The notes below the pieces were generated by a model. The model did no database searches, was not told where the DNA came from, and was given only the letters and a program-made list of their open reading frames with translations. The translations under genes and the position numbers were made by a program. A stretch of DNA of 64,000 bases from assembly GCA_032153875.1 (NCBI GenBank), contig JALDYP010000004.1, positions 2,775 through 66,774 on the forward strand. The letters are read 5' to 3'. Origin of the DNA: Methylophilus sp. (GTDB lineage: Bacteria > Pseudomonadota > Gammaproteobacteria > Burkholderiales > Methylophilaceae). This document shows positions 38,192 to 48,698 of the stretch, piece after piece; within the stretch, counting starts at the first letter, position 1, and each line of letters begins with the position of its first letter.

Positions 38192-38384
38192 GTCCCCCCC
38201 TTATTTAAATGAATGATATATTCACCAATCTTAAAAGCTTTATTTTGTCTCAGTTTCTTTGAAGCCAAAAACAACATACTCTTTTCATATGATTCTGTTA
38301 ATAACCAAAACTATTATTAACCTCTACTAATTTTGTGTCGCAATGCCTATTATGATAGGGCTGGAATCAAATACCCCTAGACTC

Positions 38385-40640
38385 TTATTGAATGACGTTA
38401 TAACGAATTAACCTTAAACCATTCATTACTACTATCAAACTAGCGCCCATATCAGCGAATACAGCCATCCACATTGAAGCATTCGCAAATAGTGCAAGTA
38501 TCAAGAAAATAAACTTGATACCAAGTGCAATAGCAATGTTTTGCCAAAGTATCGTATGGGTTTGTTGAGATAGGCGAATAGTTTCTGGCAGTCGACGTAG
38601 GTCATCATTCATCACAAGAACATCAGCTGCTTCCATGGCTGTGTGCGTTCCAGCTGCACCCATTGCAAAACCGATGTCTGCTCTTGCTAATGCTGGGGCA
38701 TCATTAATACCATCGCCGGTCATCGCTGTAGTGCCATATTTTTTCTGAAGCGCTTCGATTTCCTTAAGTTTATCTTCGGGTAATAAATTCCCTTTAATTT
38801 CAGCAACACCAGCCTGCATTCCCACTATTTTTGCTGTTGCCTCATTGTCTCCAGTCAACATTACTGGGGCCACACCCAATTTCTTTAGCTCTTCGATAGC
38901 TATGGTAGAGAATGGTTTGATAGTATCTGCGACGGCGAAAATTGCCAGCACCTTTTCATCATTAGCAAGTAAAGAAACTGTTCGGCCAGCATTCAGATAT
39001 GTGCCAAGTCGGATTTCCAATGCTTCAGTGCTAAGATTAAGTTCTTTAATCCACCTATGATTGGCTAGATAGTAAGTTTTACCCTTGATAACACCTTGAA
39101 CACCTCTACCGGCGACTGCTTTGAAATCAGTGACATTTTTCAATTTACCAGATGATTTTTCGGAGATTGCTTTGGAAACAGGGTGGTCAGACCTATATGC
39201 CAAACTAACAGCAATACCCTCGATTTCGGTCTTATTTTCTTCGCCATCTAACATCACGGATGCTACTAACTTAGGCTTACCTTCAGTGATTGTTCCGGTT
39301 TTATCTAACGCCACAGCTTTGATCTTGCGAGCTTCTTCAAGGTATACGCCGCCCTTGATCAGAATGCCACGCTTCGCTGCTGCAGCTAAACCACTGACTA
39401 CCGTGACAGGTGTGGATATGACTAAAGCACAAGGGCAGGCTATCACTAACAGTACAAGAGCCTTGTAAATGGATTGCAACCAAGTCCAACCCATTAGCCA
39501 AGGCATCAGAAGCGCTACTGCTAGTGCCAACACGAAAACGGCAGGCGTATAAACTGCTGCAAACCTATCTACAAACCGTTGAGTAGGTGCCCTTGAGCCT
39601 TGAGCTTGTTCAACAGCCTCAATAATTCTAGAAATGGTGCTGTTAGTTGAGAGCGCAGTAACTCTCATTTCCAATTCTGCTGCCTGGTTAATGGTCCCAG
39701 CATAAATTTCATCTGCCGGTGATTTATCGATTGGCAAGCTTTCACCCGTTACAGGTGACTGATCAACTGCGCTCTGACCAGCTGTAACAATCCCGTCAAG
39801 AGGAATTCGCTCGCCTGGCTTGACCCGTACTTTCGCATCTATCTGGATGTCTTTTACAAGTTCACGCTTCCAGGAACCATCAGACTGCTGAACCTCAGCA
39901 TTCTCTGGGGTAAGTGCCATCAGGCTTTTGATTGCATTTCGGGCGCGATCAACGGCCTTAGCCTCAATAGCTTCTGCGATTGCATAGAGTGCCATAACCA
40001 TGGCAGCTTCTGGCCACTGACCTATGAGGAACGCACCAGTTACAGCTACAGTCATTAGTGCATTGATATTCAATCGTCCTTGCGTCAGCGCTTTCAAACC
40101 TTTCACGTATACATCCAGGCCAGCCATAATAATTGCGACGCCTGCCAAAGCCATGCCAAGGTTATTAATTTCCTGAACATCCGGGAAAGCAAAGTCTAGG
40201 ATCTCAGCTAAAATCGCCAGAATTAATGAGCCCAGCAACTTACCCCATGTCGCCCAAAAACCTTTTTCGGGCTCTAAAAACTTCCCAGAATCAGTTTCTT
40301 CATCTACCAGCTTTGGTGTAAAACCCGCTTTGCGAATTGCTTCTATACTTTGTAAGACGCTGTCAGCATCCGCATCAATGCCTAATTCTCTTTTGCCCAG
40401 GTTAAATCTGAGGCTTCGGATTGTTTCGATTTTGCTCAATGCGCGCCGGATTTCAGCCTCTTCAGCAGCACAGTCCATTTCTTCAATGCGCAACTTGGCA
40501 AATACTTCATCAGAGGAAATTTCAGCCTGAGCTGCAACAACTGATGCTTTACTGATTTGCGCTGTTACTTTTTCAGATGTTTGACCACAACAGCCCTGAC
40601 AGTCTTTACCTTCATTTTTGGTATCTTTTGAATCATTCAC
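38385..40640 (-). CDS. Zn/Cd/Pb P1B-type ATPase (CadA/ZntA-like)
   Basis: MDCAAEE metal-binding domain, TGES, CPC, DKTGT, HP and GDGINDAP. Confidence 0.93.
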   Translation of the reverse strand: MNDSKDTKNEGKDCQGCCGQTSEKVTAQISKASVVAAQAEISSDEVFAKLRIEEMDCAAEEAEIRRALSKIETIRSLRFNLGKRELGIDADADSVLQSIEAIRKAGFTPKLVDEETDSGKFLEPEKGFWATWGKLLGSLILAILAEILDFAFPDVQEINNLGMALAGVAIIMAGLDVYVKGLKALTQGRLNINALMTVAVTGAFLIGQWPEAAMVMALYAIAEAIEAKAVDRARNAIKSLMALTPENAEVQQSDGSWKRELVKDIQIDAKVRVKPGERIPLDGIVTAGQSAVDQSPVTGESLPIDKSPADEIYAGTINQAAELEMRVTALSTNSTISRIIEAVEQAQGSRAPTQRFVDRFAAVYTPAVFVLALAVALLMPWLMGWTWLQSIYKALVLLVIACPCALVISTPVTVVSGLAAAAKRGILIKGGVYLEEARKIKAVALDKTGTITEGKPKLVASVMLDGEENKTEIEGIAVSLAYRSDHPVSKAISEKSSGKLKNVTDFKAVAGRGVQGVIKGKTYYLANHRWIKELNLSTEALEIRLGTYLNAGRTVSLLANDEKVLAIFAVADTIKPFSTIAIEELKKLGVAPVMLTGDNEATAKIVGMQAGVAEIKGNLLPEDKLKEIEALQKKYGTTAMTGDGINDAPALARADIGFAMGAAGTHTAMEAADVLVMNDDLRRLPETIRLSQQTHTILWQNIAIALGIKFIFLILALFANASMWMAVFADMGASLIVVMNGLRLIRYNVIQ

Positions 40641-40707
40641 GACATTGCTCCTAATGAATACTTAACTAAATGGTCAGGCAGTAGCCCCACCTGACCCAGT
40701 TTGGTAA

Positions 40708-43700
40708 TTAACTAGCTTTGCGAGACATCCCTTTTTCGTTTGCTTCCCTTCTGGTTTCCATCCAGTCATAGGCAACGGGTAAGAAAACTAGTGTCAACAC
40801 GGTAGCAGTGAGTAAGCCACCAATCACCACCACTGCAAGTGGTCGGAGGATTTCAGAGCCGACACCTGTTGCAAGCAGGAATGGGATGAGGCCGAAAATT
40901 TCAACCATTGCCGTCATCATAACCGGCCTCAAACGAAGGGTTGTGCCTTCTAATACCGCTTCATCAATTGTTTTGCCTTCTTCTCGCAGGCTATTGATGA
41001 ATTCGACAAGGACAATACCGTTCAACATTGCTACGCCGAACACGGCAATAAATCCAATTGCAGCAGGAACTGAGAGATACTGCCCTGCTATAGCCAGTGA
41101 AAAGATGCCCCCAATCGCAGCAAACGGTACGTTGGCGATGATCAGCCCTGCGTATCTGAATGAATGGAAGGCTGTATACAGAAGGACGAAAATTAACCCG
41201 ATGGTAAGAGGCACGATGATCGCCAGTTTGGTCATAGCACGTTGCTGGTTTTCAAATGCACCACCCCATTCAATCCAATAACCACTAGGCAACTTCACTT
41301 TCTGATCAATGGCTGCTTGGGCCTCTTTAACGAAGCCATCAATATCGCGACCTTGGACATCCATTTGAATAACCGCATAACGCTGCAATTGCTCACGTCT
41401 AACAAATGAATAACCTTCTTCGATATTGACAATTGCAACCTGAGAGAGCGGAATCAAAGCACCTTGAGCGGTTGAGATTGGAATATCGTTGATGGTTCTA
41501 ATGTCACTTCGATATTCAGGCTGGAGCCAGACTTGGATGGCAAAGCGTTTAACGCCATCAATCAGAGTCGATACTGGTTTACCGCCAATGCCAGACTGAA
41601 CCACTTGAAGCACATCATCTGCATTGATGCCATAACGAGCAATCGCCTCTCTATCGACATTAATAATCAGTTGAGGCTTACCTACGTTTGCTTCCAGCGC
41701 AAGATCCGCTACGCCATTAACTTTAGCAACAACTCCTTTTACCTGATTGGCAATACGGTCAATGGTTGCAAGGTCTTCGCCGTAGACTTTTGCGGATAAA
41801 GTAGCCCTGACCCCAGAAATCAACTCCTCTACCCGGGACTGAATTGGCTGAGAAGCAGAGATGACCGCTTCAGGCACATCCTCTTCAGCCTGTTCTTGAA
41901 GTTTCGCTGCCAGGTCACCATAAGTGATTTTCTTGGGCCAGGTATCTGTTGGATTTAGATGAACTAATACCTCCATGGAATTAACATCTGCGGTTTCGCC
42001 TTTTTCAGGTCGACCAATCATGGCAATGCTGCTCTTAACTTCAGGTGTTTTCTTCAGGCTTTTAGCTACGCGATCAGAAACTGAAATGGATTGCTCCAAA
42101 GAAGTAGATGGAATCCCGGTAACTCTAAAAAGAATGTCTTGTTCCTGAAGGTTAGGCATAAATTCTTTACCCAAGAATGGGAACATCGCCAATGCTGCAA
42201 CAAAGGCAATACCTGTCGCGCCAACGACAATTTTCTTATTCGCAAGACACCATTTTAGAAGGGAAACATAGCGAGGTTTCAAAAGGCGAATCAGCCAAGG
42301 ATCTCTTTCTTCTTTTGGTTTCAGAGCCAAAGAACAAAGTACAGGGATGAGTGTCAACGTCAGGATCATCGAACCAATCATGGCGAATGTCATGTTGATT
42401 GCTAGTGGCTTAAATAACTTTCCTTCCAAGCCTGTCAAAGAAAAGATAGGTAGAAATACCACTGTAATGATGAGAACGCCAAACGTAATTGGGTTGATAA
42501 CTTCACGGGAAGCATCCAGCACAATCTTCGTTCTATCCACATTTTGACCAGCATAGTGGGCTAATCGACGGAAACAGTTTTCTACAAGCACCAATGGACC
42601 ATCGATTGTCATACCAAGCCCAATGATTAAACCACCTAAGGACATCAGGTTTGCCGATATCCCGTATTTCTCCATGAATATGAATGCAATCAAACGCCCC
42701 ATTGGAATCGCAACAACTACCACCAGAGCAGAGCGCACCTCACCCAACAGCATGAAGAGCACAACGATTACTAGCAATGCACCTTCAACCATTGCACGAT
42801 CGGCCATTTTAATCGCTTTGTCGATAATGGCTGTGCGGTCATAAACCGTTTCAAGAGTGACGCCCTTTGGTAACGTAGCCTTCACCAGCTCTAGTTTCTT
42901 TTTAGCGGCATCTACCACTTGCTGAGCATTTTCACCAATTCTGGCAAGCACCATGCCCATCACTACTTCTTTACCATCCTGAGTGACTGCACCGAATCTC
43001 GGACCTGCACCTTCAATGACTTTGGCGATGTTTTCTACATAGACCGGAGTGCCTTGTTTTTCAGAAACAACTATACGTTCAATGTCTCGACTGTTCTTAA
43101 CCAGACCCAAGCCGCGAACCAGGAATTGTTCTTGGCCAATATTGATGTACTGGCCTCCAACTTGATGGTTATTCGAGGTTAGTCTTTCAATCACTCCAGA
43201 GAATGTCAGGCCGTACTTAAACAACTTCTGAGGGTCAATTTGAACCTGAAATTGTTTCTCGTTACCACCCCAGGATGTAATGTCATCAACCCCTGAGACT
43301 GTACGCATTACCATTCTTACGCTCCAGTCATGCAAGGTTCGTAGGTCAGTGGTAGATTGTTTATCGGAATTGAGCGTGTACCAGAGAACCTGGCCTAAAC
43401 CAGAGGTGTTCGGACCAAGGGTTGGCTCTCCATAACCCGCTGGCATTCTTGACCGAGCATCCGCCAGTTTTTCACCCACCAAAAAGCGTGCTTGTTGAAT
43501 GTCCGTAGTGTCATTGAAATACACGCTGACATATGACAATCCAAACAGTGAAACTGACCTGATTTCCTCAATACCTTTGAGACCGGCTAAAGAGCTTTCA
43601 ACGGGAAACGTAATCAGTTTTTCAACATCCTCTGAAGCTAGCCCAGGGGATTCCGTATACACGTTTACCTGAACAGGGGTTACATCTGGGAAAGCATCCA

Positions 43701-43806
43701 AAGGCACTTCCTGCCATGCTTTGACTCCAAAAAATGCAGCAACTATAAACGCCAGAATGACCAGAAGTTTATATTTTAGCGCAGCATCTAATATCCAATT
43801 TAGCAT
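40708..43806 (-). CDS. czcA: CzcA-family heavy-metal RND permease
   Basis: DAFPDVT..QV, ANLMSLGG, EGKLF.PLA and RLRPV.MT motifs. Confidence 0.9.
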   Translation of the reverse strand: MLNWILDAALKYKLLVILAFIVAAFFGVKAWQEVPLDAFPDVTPVQVNVYTESPGLASEDVEKLITFPVESSLAGLKGIEEIRSVSLFGLSYVSVYFNDTTDIQQARFLVGEKLADARSRMPAGYGEPTLGPNTSGLGQVLWYTLNSDKQSTTDLRTLHDWSVRMVMRTVSGVDDITSWGGNEKQFQVQIDPQKLFKYGLTFSGVIERLTSNNHQVGGQYINIGQEQFLVRGLGLVKNSRDIERIVVSEKQGTPVYVENIAKVIEGAGPRFGAVTQDGKEVVMGMVLARIGENAQQVVDAAKKKLELVKATLPKGVTLETVYDRTAIIDKAIKMADRAMVEGALLVIVVLFMLLGEVRSALVVVVAIPMGRLIAFIFMEKYGISANLMSLGGLIIGLGMTIDGPLVLVENCFRRLAHYAGQNVDRTKIVLDASREVINPITFGVLIITVVFLPIFSLTGLEGKLFKPLAINMTFAMIGSMILTLTLIPVLCSLALKPKEERDPWLIRLLKPRYVSLLKWCLANKKIVVGATGIAFVAALAMFPFLGKEFMPNLQEQDILFRVTGIPSTSLEQSISVSDRVAKSLKKTPEVKSSIAMIGRPEKGETADVNSMEVLVHLNPTDTWPKKITYGDLAAKLQEQAEEDVPEAVISASQPIQSRVEELISGVRATLSAKVYGEDLATIDRIANQVKGVVAKVNGVADLALEANVGKPQLIINVDREAIARYGINADDVLQVVQSGIGGKPVSTLIDGVKRFAIQVWLQPEYRSDIRTINDIPISTAQGALIPLSQVAIVNIEEGYSFVRREQLQRYAVIQMDVQGRDIDGFVKEAQAAIDQKVKLPSGYWIEWGGAFENQQRAMTKLAIIVPLTIGLIFVLLYTAFHSFRYAGLIIANVPFAAIGGIFSLAIAGQYLSVPAAIGFIAVFGVAMLNGIVLVEFINSLREEGKTIDEAVLEGTTLRLRPVMMTAMVEIFGLIPFLLATGVGSEILRPLAVVVIGGLLTATVLTLVFLPVAYDWMETRREANEKGMSRKAS

Positions 43807-43815
43807 GCTGTTCTC

Positions 43816-44994
43816 CTAGTGCTCATCGCTGATTTGAGATTTGAGCTGTCTGGCTTTTAGCGCATATACACCAGTCTGAACAACGAGTTCACCTTCTTTG
43901 AGGCCAGATTTAATCTCAACTACCTCGTTATATCTGGAGCCTAATTCAACTGCCCTTGGAGTGAAGCCGCCTTTCTCATTGATATACACATTTGGAATGC
44001 CTTGTACCATTACCACTGCGGAGTTTGGAACAACAAATACATCCTTGGTCCCGGCATGGCTGAACAGTACTTTTGCAAACATATCAATGCGTAGCTTGAG
44101 GTTAGGATTGGGAAGCTCGATCCGGGCTTTTACTGTGCGAGTAGTCTTATCAACCACGCTTGATAAATAACTGACCTTACCCTGGAAAACCTCATCTGGA
44201 TAAGCTGTGACTGTGACACTGGCTGATTTACCAACAGCTAGGGATTGCAAGTCTCGTTCTGGAACATCTGCATCAATCCAAACTGAAGACATGTCTGCAA
44301 TAGTGAAAATCGTGTTTGCAGGACTAGCTAACTCACCGATCACTACATTTTTCTCAATCACAATGCCGTCGAATGGCGCTTTGAGTAAATAGGTTGAACC
44401 ATTTTGTTCTGTCAAACCGCCATACATTCGCAATCTCTCTGAGTCTGCATACAGGGCTGATTTAGCTCTCTCTAGTGCAGATTGTGACTCGATCAATTGT
44501 TTCTGAGGAACAACCTTGTCTTCATACAGTTTTGAAATTCGATCAAAGTTGGCCTGAGCCAGCGCCAAGTCTGTTTTAGAGCTTCTGTATTGGGCTCTCG
44601 CTTCACCCATTTGAATACTATCGATCTCAGCTAATATCTGACCTGTTTTAACTCGGTCTCCAAGATTGGCAATCACCTTGGAAAGCTTGCCTTCAATTCT
44701 AGGAGTTACATGGGCAAGTTTATTTTGGTTAGCCTGAATGTTAGCTGTAAACGTTAACTGGTCTTGAACGGCACTCTTGGATGCAGGAGTAACTGTTAAT
44801 TGGCTTTGCTGGACTTCAGTATTACTTAATTTAATCACATCTTCATTAGCTTCACTCTCCTCAGGAACTGAAGAGATGGCCTTGGTTTCTGAATCTGGAA
44901 CATCTTTTGAGCTGCATCCACTTAGGAGCATGAAAAAGATAATTGCGGAGAAAACCAGTGCAAATAGATATAATTTTCTGAGGAAAGTTAACAT
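43816..44994 (-). CDS. czcB: CzcB-like RND periplasmic adaptor
   Basis: MFP motifs (G..V..GQ.L, APFDG.V, D..TRT); between czcC and czcA. Confidence 0.85.
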   Translation of the reverse strand: MLTFLRKLYLFALVFSAIIFFMLLSGCSSKDVPDSETKAISSVPEESEANEDVIKLSNTEVQQSQLTVTPASKSAVQDQLTFTANIQANQNKLAHVTPRIEGKLSKVIANLGDRVKTGQILAEIDSIQMGEARAQYRSSKTDLALAQANFDRISKLYEDKVVPQKQLIESQSALERAKSALYADSERLRMYGGLTEQNGSTYLLKAPFDGIVIEKNVVIGELASPANTIFTIADMSSVWIDADVPERDLQSLAVGKSASVTVTAYPDEVFQGKVSYLSSVVDKTTRTVKARIELPNPNLKLRIDMFAKVLFSHAGTKDVFVVPNSAVVMVQGIPNVYINEKGGFTPRAVELGSRYNEVVEIKSGLKEGELVVQTGVYALKARQLKSQISDEH

Positions 44995-45003
44995 TTTTGT
45001 TTC

Positions 45004-46281
45004 CTATTCTTGTGTAGCTGAAGCTAATGGGGACAGCCAGCCTGAAACATATTCCAACTCAATCTGTACAAGGCGAAGATCTTTTTGTGTTTCAATGATG
45101 TCGCGTTGAGCATCCACCACTTGTCGTTGCACAATCAGTAATTGCGGCAATCCAATTTCACCGTTTTCGAATGCCTTTTTGGAAAGCGTCAGGTTTTCCT
45201 CTAGCTTGGGATAAACTTCACTGTTCAAGCGTCTGACTCGATCCTTGATGTTCTCTCTACGCAACCAGGCGGCTTCAATGACTGCTTTGGCATTACGTGT
45301 CTCAGAAGTCAGGTTGATTTCTGATTGAGTGAGCTCTGCTGTTGCTCGACCTATGCCAGTCGCATTGCGACGGAAAATCGGCAATGGCATGGATACGCCG
45401 ATGGATGAAATATTGTCACTGCCAGCGAGACTGGCCTCCGTCGTATTGATTAGAGACACAGTTAGGTCTGGGTAACGCATACTTTTTTGCAGCTCTAAAC
45501 GCGATCTGGCAGAGGCTTCTTTACTTGTCAGGGATTGAATTCCTGGGCGGGTATCAAGCTTGTTGAATAGTTCTTGTAGTGTGTATTGCGTTTGGGCTGG
45601 AGTTAACTCCCCAACAACTTCTGGAAATTCATTTGCCTTAAGCTGCATGGTGGCTGCCAGCTGAGTTCTTGCACGCAACAATTGTTCATTAAGGGAGATC
45701 AATTGGTTACGCGCACGCTCCGCATCTACTATGGCCAAATTCCCATCAAGCAAACTATCCTCACCGGCGCTTACTCTCTTGCGAGACAACTGCGTATTTT
45801 GCTCAATGAGTTTTAGAATGCGTTGTTCAACTTCAATACGCTTTTGGACAGCAAGTACATTGATGAACTGCTCTTCTAATTGCGCATGTAGAGCGCGATA
45901 TTCTTCAGCAATATCTTGGGAAATTGCAGTTTTACTTTCTTCTGCAGCTTGTCTACGAAACCGTTGCTGCCCGGCAATTTCGAAGGTCTGGGAGATACCG
46001 ATACCATATTCACCTCTGTAAGGGTCAGATGCGCCGGTTTGAGCAATACGGCGGGTTCTACCTTCCAAGTTCAGTGTCGGGTTGTAATAGAGCGGGCCAG
46101 AAGCATCTTGGAACTCGCCAGCAGGAATACTCTGATTGGCGATTAAGCGCTTTAAGTCCGGGTTGTTCTGGGCAGCAATAGTCCAGGCTGCCTCCAGCGT
46201 TAATGGCTCAGCATTGGTAACTGAACTGATTAAGAAAGCTATTAATACAAACAGCCATCTTATAGACGATGAATCATACAC
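45004..46281 (-). CDS. czcC: CzcC-like TolC-family outer-membrane protein
   Basis: Signal peptide, LTL..A..NNPDL, PLPIF.RN and GEI...LL motifs. Confidence 0.85.
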   Translation of the reverse strand: MYDSSSIRWLFVLIAFLISSVTNAEPLTLEAAWTIAAQNNPDLKRLIANQSIPAGEFQDASGPLYYNPTLNLEGRTRRIAQTGASDPYRGEYGIGISQTFEIAGQQRFRRQAAEESKTAISQDIAEEYRALHAQLEEQFINVLAVQKRIEVEQRILKLIEQNTQLSRKRVSAGEDSLLDGNLAIVDAERARNQLISLNEQLLRARTQLAATMQLKANEFPEVVGELTPAQTQYTLQELFNKLDTRPGIQSLTSKEASARSRLELQKSMRYPDLTVSLINTTEASLAGSDNISSIGVSMPLPIFRRNATGIGRATAELTQSEINLTSETRNAKAVIEAAWLRRENIKDRVRRLNSEVYPKLEENLTLSKKAFENGEIGLPQLLIVQRQVVDAQRDIIETQKDLRLVQIELEYVSGWLSPLASATQE

Positions 46282-46347
46282 GGTAAGACCTCTCTCGTTG
46301 GATCAATAACCAAGATGCTGAAATCACTCAGCATCTTAAAAATTTAA

Positions 46348-46713
46348 TCAAACAAGCGCAGGAGGTCTGTAGAGACTTTTAAGGACTGGATTGGTGAACT
46401 GATCTTTAGATTCAATGTTGTAGGTAGATGAATCTAAATCAGGAAGAATGTGACTAATTCCACTCGTCTCAATGGCTGTGATGTGAGCAGAGATATGGCA
46501 AGCATGATCACAAAATTGTTCTGAGATTGGTACATTTATGATATCAGAATTGCTATTCACTTGGGATTTGTTAATCAGGTGAACATCCTGCATGACTGCT
46601 TGAGACGAAACAACATCATCAAACAAAACTTCAGGCGAGAAAGCCCACGCCGATGAGCTCAGAACTGAGACCAGCGCAAGAAATGCCATGAATTTTCGGA
46701 TTAGTTGAAACAT
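46348..46713 (-). CDS. CzcI-like small exported protein
   Basis: Signal peptide, CDHACH, C-terminal LYRPP; precedes czcC. Confidence 0.65.
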   Translation of the reverse strand: MFQLIRKFMAFLALVSVLSSSAWAFSPEVLFDDVVSSQAVMQDVHLINKSQVNSNSDIINVPISEQFCDHACHISAHITAIETSGISHILPDLDSSTYNIESKDQFTNPVLKSLYRPPALV

Positions 46714-46976
46714 GCTTTTTTAATTTAGCAATAACTCATTGATTAGTCAATAATTTCCATGTATCGAAACGTACAGAATCCATCTTCGGAATCATTCTTA
46801 AAAAAACCAAGTTTTGACTCTCAGCTTCTGCAAACTTTGCATAATAAAAAATTACGATCCTGCAAAACTTGCAGGAATTTACGTGCCTGACTGAATATTT
46901 CCATTAATAATCAATGTGATAAGAATTGGCATACGGTTTGCTGATTTCTGATGATTGCCATCAGAAAAATGAGCCC

Positions 46977-48668
46977 ATGTTTTTAGAAAACTTAAAATCA
47001 AAGATTTCGAAATACTTGCCTGTTCCAAAGACTCAAAATGCCTGGGTCATGATGGCATCCTTGTTCATTATGGTGACTGGCAACATTTCGCTTTGCCAAA
47101 ACCTGTTGAAGACGTATCCACTCAGCCTTAATAATCTTCCGTTCCTGGCATCACTATTCGTTTTCTTTTTAGTCACACTAACAATCATCATTCAAATACT
47201 TTGCATTGGTAAATCTGCAAAGTGGGTTTTAGCTGTTCTGCTGATTGTTTCTTCGCTGAACGCATATTTCATGGATAGCTTTGGAGTAGTGATCGACCAC
47301 ACCATGATGGATAACGTTGCTCAAACCGATCAGAGAGAGTTGCAAGGTTTAATCACATTTGAATTGGTGGCTAGATTGATCCTACTGGGTCTAATCCCAG
47401 CGTTTTTTGTAATTAAAAACTTTCCAAAACCACGTAAATTTTCTCAAGAGTTCAAAAGCCGTTTTAAAGCTATTTCGAGCCTAACTATTACTGCGATTAT
47501 GGTGGTTGCACCATTTACTGCAGGATATGCCTCATTTATCAGAGAACATAAAATCGTAAGATTTTATGCGAATCCAACATTCTCAATTTATTCTGCATAT
47601 AAATATGTAAATCAAGAAGCCAAAGTGTTTGAAGCACGGAATGCCCCTTTAAAAACGATCGCCACTGATGCCTATAGAAACACTCAAAATAATAACAAAC
47701 GGAAGCTTGTCATCGTTGTCGTCGGTGAAACAGCAAGATATGACAGATTTGCACTAAACGGATATCAACGCGCCACCACTCCTAATCTGGAAGCTGCAAA
47801 CGTTGTCAGCTTTAGTAATGTCAGTGCTTGCGGCACCTCCACCATGGTTTCTGTACCCTGTATGTTCTCTTCCCTGGGGCAACGTGGTTATAACAAAGAG
47901 ACGGCTTTGAAGCAGGAGAATGTGATTGATGTCCTGGCTAGAAACGGAATTGATGTTTTATGGCGCGACAATAACTCAGACTCGAAAGGTGTTGCACTTC
48001 GAGTTAAATATCAAAATTTTCAATCAACAAACCTCAACCCAATATGCGATCCAGAATGCCGTGACGTAGGTATGTTAGATGGTCTGGACAAGCACATCCA
48101 ATCAAAAAATGGTAAAGATATTCTAATCGTATTGCATCAAATGGGGAATCACGGGCCTGAATATTTCAGACGTTACCCAAAGGTATTTGAGAAATTCAGC
48201 CCAGTATGTAAGTCGAAAGAACTCAAAGATTGCACCAAGCAAGAGATCGACAATGCATATGACAATGCCATTCTTTATACCGATTATTTTCTATCCGAAG
48301 TAATCAAATTTCTTAAGCCATACGAAGAAAACTACGATGTGGGAATGATGTATATCGCCGATCACGGTGAGTCATTAGGCGAGTATGGAATGTACCTTCA
48401 TGCAGCACCGGTGGTGATTGCGCCAAAAGAGCAAACCAAAATACCTCTCATTGTATGGACAGGTAATTCGTCTGCATTCCCAGAAAGCCACTTGAGGCAG
48501 CATAAAAATCTTGCATTAAGCCACGATGATGTTTTCTGTTCGCTGATGGTCGCTTATGACTTCAACAGCAACATGTGTAAGCCATATATGGAGGCTGCAA
48601 GACATTTACACAATTCACTGGATCATGATGCTGTTACAGCTGTAGTTGATAAGGGTATTTCAAGCTAA
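46977..48668 (+). CDS. Lipid A phosphoethanolamine transferase (EptA/MCR family)
   Basis: Five N-terminal TMs, VVGETAR, CGTST.VSVPCMFS, HQMGNHGP, YDNA and DHGESLGE..YLH. Confidence 0.93.
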   Translation: MFLENLKSKISKYLPVPKTQNAWVMMASLFIMVTGNISLCQNLLKTYPLSLNNLPFLASLFVFFLVTLTIIIQILCIGKSAKWVLAVLLIVSSLNAYFMDSFGVVIDHTMMDNVAQTDQRELQGLITFELVARLILLGLIPAFFVIKNFPKPRKFSQEFKSRFKAISSLTITAIMVVAPFTAGYASFIREHKIVRFYANPTFSIYSAYKYVNQEAKVFEARNAPLKTIATDAYRNTQNNNKRKLVIVVVGETARYDRFALNGYQRATTPNLEAANVVSFSNVSACGTSTMVSVPCMFSSLGQRGYNKETALKQENVIDVLARNGIDVLWRDNNSDSKGVALRVKYQNFQSTNLNPICDPECRDVGMLDGLDKHIQSKNGKDILIVLHQMGNHGPEYFRRYPKVFEKFSPVCKSKELKDCTKQEIDNAYDNAILYTDYFLSEVIKFLKPYEENYDVGMMYIADHGESLGEYGMYLHAAPVVIAPKEQTKIPLIVWTGNSSAFPESHLRQHKNLALSHDDVFCSLMVAYDFNSNMCKPYMEAARHLHNSLDHDAVTAVVDKGISS

Positions 48669-48698
48669 TTCTTAGGATGTAATTTCGAGAGAAAAACT

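Noticed and set aside
38298-38342. Possible Tn7 right end (two imperfect repeats such as TTAATAACCAAAACTA ending ...GTCGCA)
   Set aside because: Only loosely similar to the highly conserved left-end sites, and the flank is ATGCC rather than the expected CAGGG TSD. It could at most be a relic.
38333-38360. dif-like 11-6-11 site (TTGTGTCGCAA-TGCCTA-TTATGATAGGG)
   Set aside because: The XerC arm matches poorly and no partner site or recombinase was seen.
42690-42705. Arg in a CzcA TM helix (IPMGRLIAF) as an inactivating mutation
   Set aside because: The ORF is full length with the key D/E residues; this cannot be judged without an alignment.
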